DNA of 64,000 bases from Mytilus californianus (taxonomy: Eukaryota): contig NW_026262734.1 of the NCBI RefSeq assembly GCF_021869535.1, positions 52,948,001 through 53,012,000 on the forward strand, read 5' to 3'. The translations under genes were made by a program, and so were the position numbers. The notes beneath the pieces were generated by a model. The model saw only the letters and a program-made list of their open reading frames with translations. It did not search any database and was not told where the DNA came from. Positions 1 through 13,400 of this stretch are shown here, in pieces; position 1 is the stretch's first letter; each line of letters starts with the position of its first letter.

Positions 1-113
1 AAAGCTGTGTGATTGACGTAACTTCTCGTTTGGCCCGGATCATTGCAAAATGCTTTACGATGTACCACAATACTTTTAATTGAAAATACTGTAAGCAAAA
101 CAATATACTTTAC

Positions 114-311
114 CTGTTTTGCTTGAACTTGTAGACGAAATCTAACCAAACGTTTACCAGATTGACAATTCAACGCACTTGTCCATCGACCCCAAGGACC
201 TTCTTTTGCCATTATAGTACCACCAGTATTTGGAGCGCTAGTTCCTCTTCGACATTTAAGTCGAATAGCATTTAATGCAGTGTCGTCTCCACTTCCTTGT
301 TTAGGTTGAAC
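114..311 (-). pseudogene. VMO1: VMO1-like (vitelline membrane outer layer protein 1) coding exon 2; gene continues beyond window start
   Basis: AG/GT-bounded 198-nt phase-0 exon translating VQPKQGSGDDTALNAIRLKCRRGTSAPNTGGTIMAKEGPWGRWTSALNCQSGKRLVRFRLQVQAKQ. Contains the VMO1 beta-prism repeat motifs QGxGDDTALN and GxWGxW. Confidence 0.88.
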
Positions 312-3300
312 CTATAGAAATTTATAAATTAACGCTAATTGAAAAAGAAAATGACTTTTTTAAAAAGAGTATCAAAATGTGGCAAAATAAAACATACATT
401 GTGTCATTAGTTTTCGAGCCCAGTATGTATTCAATTTGGTGTGTGTCAGATATAACAGAAATGCAACTAAACTACTTGGTTGGTTTAGAGTGAGTAAACA
501 TTTCAAACGTCCTTAAATATTTTCTTATTTGAAACGCAAATAAAAAAAAAACCCATTTAAACTAGTTATTCAAAGAACAGTTAAAGGTCTTTCAACCTAT
601 CTAAATTATGTTTGACAAGAAAGGGTCAAATATGGTAACGTATGGTGTCAGAAGATTGCTCATCTTAAACTAATTCTAAAAAATACGTGGATTGCGGTAG
701 TTTTGTGAAGAAATATTGAAGATAACTAGCTACTTCCAGTTTACTCAAAATAACTTCCGGCTTAATAAGAAAACTTGCCTTACACTGGTTCCAAACGTAT
801 ATGGTTTCTATGTTCGCTTGCTCGAAAAAATGGCGATAATTCAGTTTGTCCGGCTTGCACAATGTCACTTCCGGTGTTATTTGATATATCTTTTTTCACT
901 GATCCCAAAAAGATATGGTGTTTATTTACTTTTCCATAAGATAAGTGCAAAGATGGCCATTTCATATTTTCACAAAATCCCTTCCGCTTGACATTTGTCA
1001 AGGTCGTAGGTGTCACATAACATAATGCAGTAGGCTTTGTAATGTACCTATTTGAGGCAATAACCAATAAATCATAAAATTTATGTAAACATTCCAAAGG
1101 CAATAACTCTTATACGTTTTCAGATAAGTTTGAACCAATTGCATTAAATCTTCACCACTATGTCCGAAACGGTTTGCTTCATATCCTTTTTCGTAATCTC
1201 TTACAGTGTAAAAAAGCAAAAAACAAGCAAAGGTCTAAATTGAAGACGTCAATTTGACATTGACCTCCATTTCCTGATAATGAATTAATAGACATTTGGG
1301 GAAAGTATTTTACACATACGATTAGGATTACAACTACACTTTCAGGTAGCATTTAAAGTAGTCTCGTAGCGCAAATATAAATCGTCGTTCCAAAGCAAAT
1401 TCTAACTCTTATGTTGTTTCTTTATAGTTGAACAACAGGTTTTTTTTTTAAATATATGAAATAATGTGTACACATTAATCATTATACATGGTGTTATCCA
1501 GATTCAGCATGCCGTTAATGTACGGAGCATGATAGAATGGACATGATGGACAAACATCATTTAATAAATTTTACATGAGACATAAAAACAAGTCGTATTG
1601 TCGTTGGCTATGTGTAAAGAAAGGGCGATCAACTAACATGACTAAGGAACATGTTGACAATATTTAATGTATATGATAAGACAAACCTTTTCCATATTTT
1701 ATTTAAGAAAATGAGAGCATACAGCGGTTGGGTGCTTACGAACTATTTATTGTTCATGGCATTATGCTTGCCGATTGGTATATGTTTATTTTTATTATTT
1801 TTTTTCTGAATTGAGAAAACAGTTGTGGCCACATTTTAAGTATAAAAAATATGCGTAAAAATACAACATCGTTATCAATGAACATCTTTGTGTCGAATAT
1901 TCGTCAGACTCTTTAGAAATGTAAAATAGGTGAACTCAAGTAGTTGGAATTTTACTATGATTTTTCTTTTCAACTGATTGAACCAGGCCAATACCATGTC
2001 TGGACCTGTGTCACTGCATGTAATTGATTGATGTAGGATCGGCAACAGGAAGTGGTTGCACGGCAGATATAAAAATTGCGCACACACCGCAACTTATTAT
2101 TATTAATCTGCAAGCAAAATATAAAATCTTTCCGTTTGATAGAGGCAAGGAAAAGTTTGTATGCAAGGTCTTTCGGACGGACGGACTAGACCTGCTTTCG
2201 CCTTCAGTGACGCAGGTAAAAAGGACTTCCTGGTTCTGAGTTAATTGTTTTCGTGCAATTTTTATAAAGAACTTTGGAATTTGAGTATAGACGTTTTATT
2301 CACGTTGTCGATAATTCTTTCTCTCCCATGAACATGGGTGGGTCTGGTCTGATCGAAGCATGAGCAGTAACTGTTACTCATGAGCCGAGACCGTTACAAT
2401 TTTCTTGAAATTGTGTACTTTCGAATGCACGTATGACGATCACACAAAGTTTATCCGTCATTTTTTTCCGATAATTAATAGGGATAAAAGGTGCAAAGGT
2501 ATATCAGGCGAGAAGAAGTTGTTAAAAGCAATCACACATTATTAAGGTCGGTTAGGGAGCAGTTTCGGATATAAAAGCGTAAGCGTATTTCAAAAGCACT
2601 GATGTACGGCGAGCTTCATAACTATATTGTGTAGAGAAAGTTTAAAAAATCAAACATACTTATTATATAGAATATAGCTTGACCACGCCATCGAAAAAAA
2701 AAATGAAAAGTAATGGGAATTGTTTTGGTAATATATCCGACACATCGATTCAAATATATTGTGACCATTTGCGCTGCATTGGTGTGTCGTCGAAAAGACT
2801 TATTTACAAATCCAAAAAGATCATTGATTTTACTAGGTATATCTATTGTTACTTTTTTTATATTTTGAGATAACCATTGTTTTTGTCAACTATAATCGTA
2901 CGTCTAAGTGTAATCCTAGGTAAAGACCTAGTTGCCGCAAATGTCTAGTCACCACATATCAATACTCAAGTCTCTACGACTTATGGTTAATGAGTTACTC
3001 CGACATATGTCAAATGCAAAAAGGGAAATTATTCTTATATGATGTCACCGGAGCACTCGGATGAAATAAAATAAAACACAGTAAGAACAATTTGGCAAAA
3101 ACAAAAAAACAAACATATTTACTGTTTAAGAGGAACAGCCATAACAGTATCATAGTGAGAAGTGTATGGTCACACAGGGTCAACTAAAAAAAGCGGTATC
3201 ACTGTTCCATATAATGTGGGAAAAATCTTTTCGCAAGCTTAAGAATCTCAACATCAAAAAGTGGTGGAAGAAAAAAGAATAATCAGAACAAAATCAAAAC

Positions 3301-4235
3301 GTCTTGCCAAAGGAATGTGGACAAACCTAATAATATAATGCTGTAAAAAATGTATTAATTAACATTATGTCAAATGTAGGCTACATGTTTCGATAACACC
3401 TTTCCACTTTTAAAAAATATAAATTGGTTCCAAATTAAGTATCCCTCAAATTCACATACGGCTAGAGTCTTTTAGAAAATTTGTTTTCTTTAAGTGTAAT
3501 CAACAGATCTACAACATGTACGAAATACAAATACAAATAAAAATATCAAGTCGAAAGAAAAATGCTCATACATGTTTGTTCTATTCAATAATTTTGATGA
3601 ATATCTCATTGTTTAGAATCGGGACTAAACAGTTATTCAGTCGTTTTCTGATAGAACTTAAAAATGAAAAAAAAAAAAACTATTATAGTATGACACCAAT
3701 AACATTACGAAAAACACGCGTTTTCAAGGTAACTTCCAGGAAACATGCTCGATTCAAAGTGTCCTTGTGTCCTGAAGCCAGATTAAAAAAAAACATTTTA
3801 GTACATCACTTTATAAAATAGATAAATAATAATAAAAAAATAACCGAAACAGAAGAGATATATATTCGATCAATTAGTAATTCAAGAACCATAAGAAACC
3901 CTCGAATACAATATTAAACCAAGCAGCAAAAAAGGTGTAGAAAAAAAGATGGTGCATAATGCTAGTCTAAAATCTGGAAGTTATCGACATGTGTCATTTT
4001 TTTAAATTTGCGTTGATGAAAGCTTTCTGAAAGATTCTGACTAATATTCATAGCTCATTGTCACACTCTTGAAGATTTCAAGCTTGACGAATTGATATAC
4101 ACGTTTATTGTTTTTATAATTTACGTTACCATGGTTACCCTCTTGCTGTCTTTTCGTTGTTTGTGTCTTTGGATTGTGACTAATTGACATTTATCTTACA
4201 TGTAACATGTCTAGTTTTTTAGTCAAAAAGGTTAC

Positions 4236-4439
4236 CTTCAAAGAAAATCCACTTGCATGATATCCCCTTGCACAAAATTCAGGTCTACTTCATGTTCCCC
4301 GTCGCCCTCCATTTCTTACCGACAAAACTCTTGTCACGTTTCTTTGAGCAGATTTAATGGTATGTCTGATATCTGGTGCAGTTTTTTTATGGGTTGATAG
4401 AACCGATACAATAAGGCATATACTTATGAAACATAACAT
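4236..4439 (-). pseudogene. VMO1: VMO1-like coding exon 1 (signal peptide plus first repeat) with in-frame TGA
   Basis: ATG at 4439 gives MLCFISICLIVSVLSTHKKTAPDIRHTIKSAQRNVTRVLSVRNGGRRGT*SRPEFCARGYHASGFSLK, then a GTAACC donor in phase 0 compatible with the exon at 311. TGA at 4290-4292 occupies a normally conserved Trp. Confidence 0.82.
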
Positions 4440-5244
4440 TTCCCTGAAATACAGAACATAGTTTTATGATAAATTACAAACCTGCTCGTGCATTTTTCAT
4501 TGTTATTCAACGCAAAATAATTATCTAAGATACTTGGGACGATCTCATTTCACAAAGGATTTCTATTGTCTACTTATTGTACCTCAAACTTAAATACCCG
4601 GTGTAGGTCTTTAAGTTGATGTTCAATTTACTAAAAGTTAATCGGGTATGACTAATTAGATACGCCTTCTTAAATCAGGGGGTCCGAAATAGGATCGGGT
4701 AATAACACCCAGCAAAATACCATAATTTACAATTTTAGAAAATTTTTGATTCAAAGTGCTTTTGGTTGCTTTAATATCTCCATTCAATAATCAAGCAGTG
4801 GAAATACTAACCTGTCCTAAACCGAGAGATGTTGGCTGCAATAGGAATTTATTTACATAAAAAAGTCCATATCTCATTTACTTATAGTGGTCGTTATTGT
4901 TTGTAAATTCATGACGTTTTGTTTTTTTGGTATTCGTCTACCGTGGAAAAAAAAGAGGGAAGGAGGGCAATAGCTTAGCTTACGACTTCGATCATGATTT
5001 AACTGTATTCTATTACGGCATAAGTTTTACTTCTAGCGAACGCTCTGCCTTATTGTAAAAATTGCCACTTTAAAATTGTAATCATTTGCCTCAGATTGAT
5101 CCACTTTGCATCTCGTCGTAAATATGCATGACATATTTGCCACTGAACATAAAAGGAGCAATTAATTAAACAGCTTCATTTAGTGACGTATAATCATTTG
5201 GTTTCAGTAAATAATCGTCACCCAAGGGTGACTGGGGAATAGAA

Positions 5245-5650
5245 ATATGGTCACTTGGTCTTTTTCCGACCGGCAGTAAAACGCTTGCCAAAGTGGGGCG
5301 TCCGTTTGGCTGTGCGGGATGTATCAAGTTTGCAGCCACGTCCGGTCAGATTGGGGACGTTAAATCCGATGCCTCTTGTACAGAAAGTGCCATGCTCTTT
5401 GCACGTTAAGAACCCTTGCAACAACTCTTTGAGGGGTCCGTAGGTGGCCTGTTGCAAGGCAAACTTTCTGTCCCTATCCAATATATTCTCATTGTCCAGT
5501 GGCAGTCCAAATTTCCCCGACCATCATCCCAGATGGCCTCTATTATTACATACATACCTATTGTATTTATTGGTAACTTGTTTTCGTCCTGAACATTCAT
5601 GAAATATTTGTCACTGGACGTTAAGCAACCAACAATCAATAAATCAATAA
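5245..5650 (+). mobile_element. SINE-like interspersed repeat (Deu/Nin-like core, shared bivalve SINE 3' tail)
   Basis: GC-richer island with GCACGTTAAGAACCC-type core, ending in GAAATATTTGTCACTGGACGTTAAGCAACCAACAATCAAT. The same tail recurs near 56945. Family recognised from memory only. Confidence 0.6.
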
Positions 5651-6819
5651 ATAATCGTCTCAAACAGTTTTCCAATTTTTATATTTCATTTTTATTTAAG
5701 TATGAATTTTTAAGAGTAAATCTTTCTTCCATCATTTTTCTCTTTGCATTTAATCTTTTTTTTAAACATTACAAAAACGTTGTCGTGGTACACATCAGGG
5801 GTTACATTGTGTCCTTTAGCAAAACTAATAGGAGAGGGGATAAGAACAGAAAAACGATCTTCATTGAGTGCCAATAACTCATATATTGAAGCGAACAATG
5901 AAGACTGTCTCGTCTCCGTGTCAACATTTGCTGTTTCAAGTTTATTTATATCTCAAACTGGTATAATAGTTGCCATAAATTAAAGCAAAAATGGATAAAA
6001 AAATGTTGACAACAATTTATTTAAGGATTCAACTTATTTTGGGCGTTTCATTTATCTATTTTTTAGATATTGTTTTGCTAATTGGTTTCGTTATATTTTT
6101 TTTTCATCTACAATTGTCCTAGCAAAAGTCGCAAAAAAATGTGTTAAAATCAGCCATGCGACTTATTTGAAAAGATTTAGCTGAACTTTCTTGTTGATTA
6201 CACATTTCGATCATTCAACTCGTGCATAGATCGTTTTCCCCCTAATGTTTTTTTGACGTATAGATAGCGTGAAATTCTCACTACACCAGGAATCGGATAT
6301 ACATTCCTATTTCGATGGGACAAAACTGCGTATTTATATATCTGATAGGCCAAACGAACGCACCCATTTAGCAAGGGTATACTGTGTATACTGTGGGACG
6401 GGAGAGGTCTCGAGATGTCAATATTTTGATTGTTTGATTTTGAATAAAAGGTGATAATGTACATTAATGCGAGAGCAACACAAATACACAGACATATCAA
6501 AACATTTATAGTCAACTTTCAGTCTTTTTTGTTATAGAAAGATCCGTATACAGAAAAATAATCAGTGAAAACAGCCTAATGACTTAATAATAGTTATACG
6601 GAGTTAACTCAATAATAATTACCGTCAAATATTATATATCCCAAAAGTCACATTTGATTTAATACTATTTACCGTCAAAGATATCCCGACAATCACTAGT
6701 CTCTGGTTGAAAATTTTCACCTGCCCTATTTTAATTTTGATCGGTGAAAATTGAAGGAGTTGTAATATAAACCAGTAGACGAAAAACACTTCACTGTATA
6801 ATAAAACGGTAAAATAAAT

Positions 6820-7030
6820 GATGATAATGGATGACGACCAGCGATAAATAAAAAGAATATTCAGGACGATAACATGTAAATACAATATGAGTATTAACCC
6901 CGCTTTTAACTAGACTGACACGCTGAGTCGGTGTTTTTACACGTAAGTTCCCAAGATATTAGTTCGCACGAAGAAAAGTCACCCGACCCGGACACATTTC
7001 CGACTCTGAGCCGACCAGTCTGTGCTCCTA
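6820..7030 (-). mobile_element. 3' half of a tRNA-derived SINE (Meta/MESC-like core) interrupted by the Mutator element
   Basis: Minus strand reads AGCACAGACTGGTCGGCTCAGAGTCGGAAATGTGTCCG...CTCAGCGTGTCAGTCTAGTTAAAAGCGG...CGTCCTGAATAT, continuing the SINE head found at 56410-56555. Confidence 0.72.
7022..7030 (+). repeat. Left 9-bp target site duplication GTGCTCCTA
   Basis: Identical 9-mer at 56410-56418, each immediately outside a TIR. Confidence 0.93.
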
Positions 7031-7073
7031 GCACAAGGATAATAGTTACGCTGAACGGTGCCCACTGGTCACC
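7031..7073 (+). repeat. Left terminal inverted repeat (43 bp)
   Basis: GCACAAGGATAATAGTTACGCTGAACGGTGCCCACTGGTCACC; reverse complement of 56367-56409 with one mismatch at position 2. Confidence 0.95.
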
Positions 7074-7479
7074 TGAACAGAAACGGTTAAAATTGAGTCT
7101 ATACGCGACAAAAAATAGTACATGATTTCCGGTTTAAAGTGAAAGTACGTTACTAAGGGGATACTCAGTGCAGCATACTCAGTTTATAATTGCTGCTATA
7201 CAATACGGATATGAGCTTAATGCAAAGTTCTGGAATCACCATATTTCAAAGGATACTGTTGAGAGAGGTACAAAAAGTAAAAAATAATACACAAATAATC
7301 AATAATCATAATGATTCACTCAAAACAAACAATTGAAAATGCATAGAAGATTCATCTGTAACTCTATTAACGAGTGATATGGCTTATTTTTCAGAAAAAA
7401 AATAACCTAATGGCCTATATTGCACTCTCATGAAATATAACTAAAAAGATGGTATGCCTCGAACTCGGGTACCTTTAAA

Positions 7480-10400
7480 CTGCCATTGGTTACCTCTGGT
7501 CACCCTATACAGAAAATAATAGTGCATACAGTTACACTGGTCATTTGATACAAAATGCATAGTAACTTTATTAACCTTACTTCCTTTGCAGATAAATTTA
7601 CAGTGGTTCTTCTAATTAATTGACACATATATAGATATTGAATGGCCCTTAAACAGATATTGAATTTCTATACATCTTGTCACCTTTTACATAATTAATT
7701 GTGGTGACCTCTGGTCACCCAACACATGTATTGAATTGCAATAAACATTATAAGATATTGAATTTGGTTACCTCTTGTCAACCCGGCAAGCCTTCACAGA
7801 TATTGAATTTTGTTGCACCTTGTCACCTTTTACATAATTAATTGTGGTGACCTCTGGTCACCCTACACATATATTCTATTTTTTATCTTTAGACACTGTG
7901 CATAACTATTGAATTTATTTAACTTTAATAACCCTACTTAGATGTTTAATTTGGTAATATATGGACACCCTACCAAGATGTTGTATATGGTTAACCCTAA
8001 TCACTCTACAATGATGTTGAATATGGTTACCTCTGGGCACCCTACAAAGATATTGAATATGGTGACCTCTGGTCACCCTACCAAAATTTTGAACATGGTT
8101 CTTTCTGGTCACCCTACACATATATTGAATAAGGTTACCTCTAGTCATCTTACAAAGATATTGCATATGGTTACCTCTGGTCACCCTTCACATATACTGA
8201 ATATGGAAACCTCTGGTCACCCAACACAGATGTTTGAATTAGTTATAAACTTGCCATCCTACACAGATAATGATCACGGTTATATCTGGACATCTTTCAA
8301 ATACTTTTAATTGAGTTATGTTCGGTTTCAAAACCTACATACTGGCTTTAACCACCTCTTGTTACCCTAAATATGTCTTTATTTTGGTAATCTCTGGTTA
8401 CCCTACTAAGACAAATACAATCAAAACCAAGGAGTAAACAGATATACCAAAAGAAATTTACAACAACATTAAAAAAGTAAGGAACAACAGGAATCTTCTT
8501 AATCATGTCTTGAACGCTCCCATCGTGTGAGTTCTTTCTTAAGTCCGGTAATAATGAAAATGTACTGATGACTGTGCAAGAGTTTTAATATGATTAATCA
8601 TACATAAATTACTAAAATATTGAATTTGGTGACCTCTGGTCACCCTATACATATATGAACTTTAAATACCTCAAGTTACCCTACACAAATACTGAATTGG
8701 GTTACCTCTGGTCACCCTTCACATATTTTGAATGTGGTTACCTCTTATCTTACACAGATAGAAAACTTGATTACCTCTAGTCACCGTGCATAAATATTTA
8801 ATTTGGTTACCTATAGTTAGCCTACTTAAATATTTAATTTTGTAAACTTTGGTCATAAATTGAACGTGGTAACCTCTGATCAACGTACACAAATATTGAA
8901 AAAGGTAACCTCTGGTAAACAATTACAGATATTGAAAATGGTTACCTCTGGTCAACCTACAATAAATTGGCTTTTATTACCTATGGTTACAATTCATAAA
9001 TAATGAATTTGGTAAGCATCGGTTATCCCGGTTCACACTTTTGCGCTACTTTTATAATTAATATAGCAACTTCTGGTCGCTGTACACATACATTGAATTA
9101 TATTGCCATTGTCAACACACACATATATATATAGCAATTGCCTTTTTTGAATGTGGTAACCTCGGGTCGCCATACACAGATATAAAGTTATTTATCTTTA
9201 GACACCATACTTAAATATTGAATGTAGATACCTTTATTAAACCTACTAGTAAGCTGTTTATTTTGGTAATCTCTGGTCACACTGCCAAGATGATGAATGT
9301 GGTTACCTCTGGTCACCCTCCAAAGATATTGAATATGGTTACCTCTGGTCACCCAACCAAAACTTTGAATATGGTTACCTCTGGTCACCCTACACATATA
9401 TTGAATAAGGTTACTTCTGTTCACCCAACCAAAACTTTAAATATGGTTACCTCTGGTCACCCTACACAGATATGGAATAAGGTTACCTCTGGTCACTTTA
9501 CAAAGATATTGCATATGGTTATCTTTGGTCACCTAAAAAGATATTATATGTGGTAACCTCTGGTCTCCCTACACATATATTGACTATGGTTACCTCTGGT
9601 CACCCTACACATATTTTGAACATGGTTACCTCTGGTCACCTTACCAAAACTTTGAATATGGTTACCTCTGGTCACCTAACAAAGATATTGGATATGGTTT
9701 TTTTTGTCATCTAAAAAGATATTGAATGTGGTTACTTCTGGTCACCCTACAAAATATTGAGTATGGTTAGCTCTTGTTACTCTTCACAGATATTGAACAT
9801 GGTAACCTCTGGTCAACCTACAATAAATTGGCTTATGTTACCTATGGTTACAATTCATAAATAATGTATTTGGTTAGCATCTGTTATCCCGGTTCACACT
9901 TTTGCGCTTCTTTTATAATTAATATAGCAACTTCTGGTCGCTGTACACATACATTGAATTATGTTGCCATTGTCAACACATACATATATATATAGCAATT
10001 GCCTTTTTTGAATGTGGTAACCTCGGGTCGCCATACACAGATATAAAGTTATTTATATTTAGACACCATACATAAATATTGAATGTAGATACCTTTATTA
10101 AACCTACTAGTAAGCTGTTTATTTTGGTAATCTCTGGTCACACTGCCAAGATGATGAATGTGGTTACCTCTGGTCACCCTCCAAAGATATTGAATATGGT
10201 TACCTCTGGTCACCCTACAAAGATATTGAATAGGGTGACCTCTGGTCACCCAACCAAAACTTTGAATATAGTTACCTCTGGTCACGGTGCACCCTACACA
10301 TATATTGGATAAGGTTACTTCTGGTCACCCAACCAAAACTTTAAATATGGTTACCTCTGGTCACCCTACACAGATATTGAATAAGGTTACCTCTGGTCAC

Positions 10401-13400
10401 TTTACAAAGATATTGCACATGGTTATCTTTGGTCACCTAAAAAGATATTATATGTGGTAACCTCTGGTCTCCTTACACATATATTGACTATGGTTACCTC
10501 TGGTCACCCTACACATGTTTTGAACATGGTAACCTCTGGTCACCTTACCAAAACTTTGAATATGGTTACCTCTGGTCACCTAACAAAGATATTGGATATG
10601 GTTTTTTTTGTCATCTAAAAAGATATTGATTGTGGTTACTTCTGGTCACCCTACAAAATATTGAGTATGGTTAGCTCTTGTTACTCTACACAGATATTGA
10701 AAATGGTAACCTCTGGTCAACCTGCAATAAATTGGCTTATGTTACCTATGGTTACAATTCATAAATAATGTATTTGGTTAGCATCTGTTATCCCGGTTCA
10801 CACTTTTGCGCTACTTTTATAATTAATATAGCAACTTCTGGTCGCTGTACACATACATTGAATTATGTTGCCATTGTCAACACACACATATATATATAGC
10901 AATTGCCTTTTTTGAATGTGGTAACCTCTGGTCACCCTACACATATATTGAATAAGGTTACCTCTGGTCACCCAACCAAAACTTTAAATATGGTTACCTC
11001 TGGTCACACTGCCAAAATGATGAATGTGGTTACCTCTGGTCACCCTCCAAAGATATTGAATATGGTTACCTCTGGTCACCCTACACAGATATTGAATAAG
11101 GTTACCTCTGGTCCCCCAACCAAAACTTTGAATATAGTTACCTCTGGTCACACTGCCAAGATGATGAATGTGGTTACCTCTGGTCACCCTCCAAAGATAT
11201 TGAATATGGTAACCTCTGGTCACCCTACACATATATTGAATAAGGTTACCTCTGGTCACCCAACCAAAACTTTGAATATGGTTACCTCTGGTCACCCTAC
11301 ACATATATTGAATAAGGTTACCTTTGGTCACCCAACCAAAACTTTGAATATGGTTACCTCTGGTCACCCTACACAGATATTGAATAAGGTTAACTCTGGT
11401 CATTTTACAAAGATATTGCATATGGTTATCTTTGGTCACCTAAAAAGATATTATATGTGGTAACCTCTGGTCTCCCTACACATATATTGACTATGGTTAC
11501 CTCTGGTCACCCTACACATATTTTGAACATGGTAACCTCTGGTCACCTTACCAAAACTTTGAATATGGTTACCTCTGGTCACCTAACAAAGATATTGGAT
11601 ATGGTTTTTTTTGTCATCTAAAAAGATATTGATTGTGGTTACTTCTGGTCACCCTACAAATATATTGAGTATGGTTAGCTCTTGTTACTCTACACAGATA
11701 TTGAAAATGGTAACCTCTGGTCAACCTACAATAAATTGGCTTATGTTACATATGGTTACAATTCATAAATAATGTATTTGGTTAGCATCGGTTATCCCGG
11801 TTCACACTTTTTACGCTACTTTTATTATTAATATAGCAACTTCTGGTCGATGTACACATATATTAAATTATGTTGCCATTGTCAACAAAAATATATAGCA
11901 ATTGCCTTTTCTTAATGTAGTTACCTCGGGTCACCATACACATATATAAAATTATTTATCTTTAGACACCATGCATAAATATTGAATGTAGGTACTTTTA
12001 TTAAACCTACTAAGATGTTTATTTTGGTAATCTCTGGTCACACTACTAAGATGTTGAATGTGGTTACCTCTGGTCACCCTCCAAAAATATTGAATATGGT
12101 TACCTCTGGTCACCCTACAAAGATATTGAATATAGTAACCTCTGGTCAACCAACCAAAATTTTGAATATGGTTACCTCTGGTCACCCTACTAAAATTTTG
12201 AATATGGTTACCTCTGGTCACCTTACAAAGATATTGCATATGGTTATCTTTGGTCATCTAAAAAGAGTTTGAATGTGGTTACCTCTGGTCACCCTACACA
12301 TATATTAAGTATGGTTACCTCTGGTCACTCTACGCATAATTTGAACATGGTCACCTCTGGTCACCCACACAGATATTGGCTATGGTTACCTTTGGTCAAT
12401 CTATAAAAATTTGGCTTATGTTACCTATGGTTACAATTCATAAATAATGAATTTGGTTAGCAATGGTTATCTCGGTGCACACTTTTTGCGCTACTTTTAT
12501 AATTAATATAGCCACTTCTGGTCGATGTACACATATATTAAATTATGTAGCCGTTGTCAACAAATATATATAGCAATTGTTTTTTTTTAATGTGGTTACC
12601 TCGGGTCACCATACACAGATATACATTTATTTATCTTTAGACACCATGCATAAATATTGAATTTAGGTACCTTTATTAACCCTACTTAGATGTTTAATTT
12701 GGTAATCTCTGGTCACACTACAAAGATGTTAAATGTGATTACCTCTGGTCACCGTTCAAAAATATTGAATATGGTTACTTCTGGTCAACTTACAAAGATA
12801 TTAAATAGGGTGACCTCTGGTCACCCTACCACAATTGTGAATATGGTTACCTCTGGTCACCCTACACAGATATTGAATAAGGTTACCTCTGGACACCTTA
12901 CACAGATATTGACTAAGGTAACCTCTGGTCACCTTACAAAGATATTGCATATGGTTACCTCTGGTCACCCACACAGATATTGGCTATGGTTACCTCTGGT
13001 CATCCTACACAGATATTGAAAATGGTTACTTTTGGTCACCCTACAATAAATTGGCTTATGTTAACTATGGTGACAGTTCATAAGATGAATATCGTTGGTC
13101 AATTTAAAAGATATTGAATGTGGTTAACTCAGGTCATTCTACACAGATATTAAATATGTTTACCTCTGGCCCCCCTACACAGATTTCGAATTGGGTAACC
13201 CTTTCATATTATTGAATGAGATTACCTCCGGTCATCGTATACATATATTTACTTAAATTACCTCTGGTCACCCTTTACAGATTTGGAATGTGGTTACCTT
13301 TGGTCACCATACACAGGTATTAACTTTAGGTTCTGGTCACAATTCATAATTAATGAATCTTTATTAGCATCGATTATCTCGTTTCACACTATCCAGATGT
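7480..13400 (+). repeat. Left internal satellite: 36-bp unit (GGTTACCTCTGGTCACCCTACACAGATATTGAATAT-type) in ~0.7-1.0 kb higher-order repeats
   Basis: 36-bp period, seen as 12-aa periodic ORFs on both strands. The higher-order marker ATCCCGGTTCACAC and its variants occur at 9025, 9886, 10790, 11794, 12469 and 13376. Confidence 0.95.

Noticed and set aside
4290-4292. Selenocysteine or readthrough at the VMO1 TGA
   Set aside because: The position is a conserved Trp, one substitution from TGG, and a neighbouring Trp is also mutated. VMO1 is not a known selenoprotein.
7915-13019. 12-aa periodic ORFs (VTSGHPTKILNM and VTRGNHIQYLCR types) as repeat proteins
   Set aside because: They are by-products of a 36-bp satellite: open on both strands, broken by frequent frameshifts, with no splice or start context.
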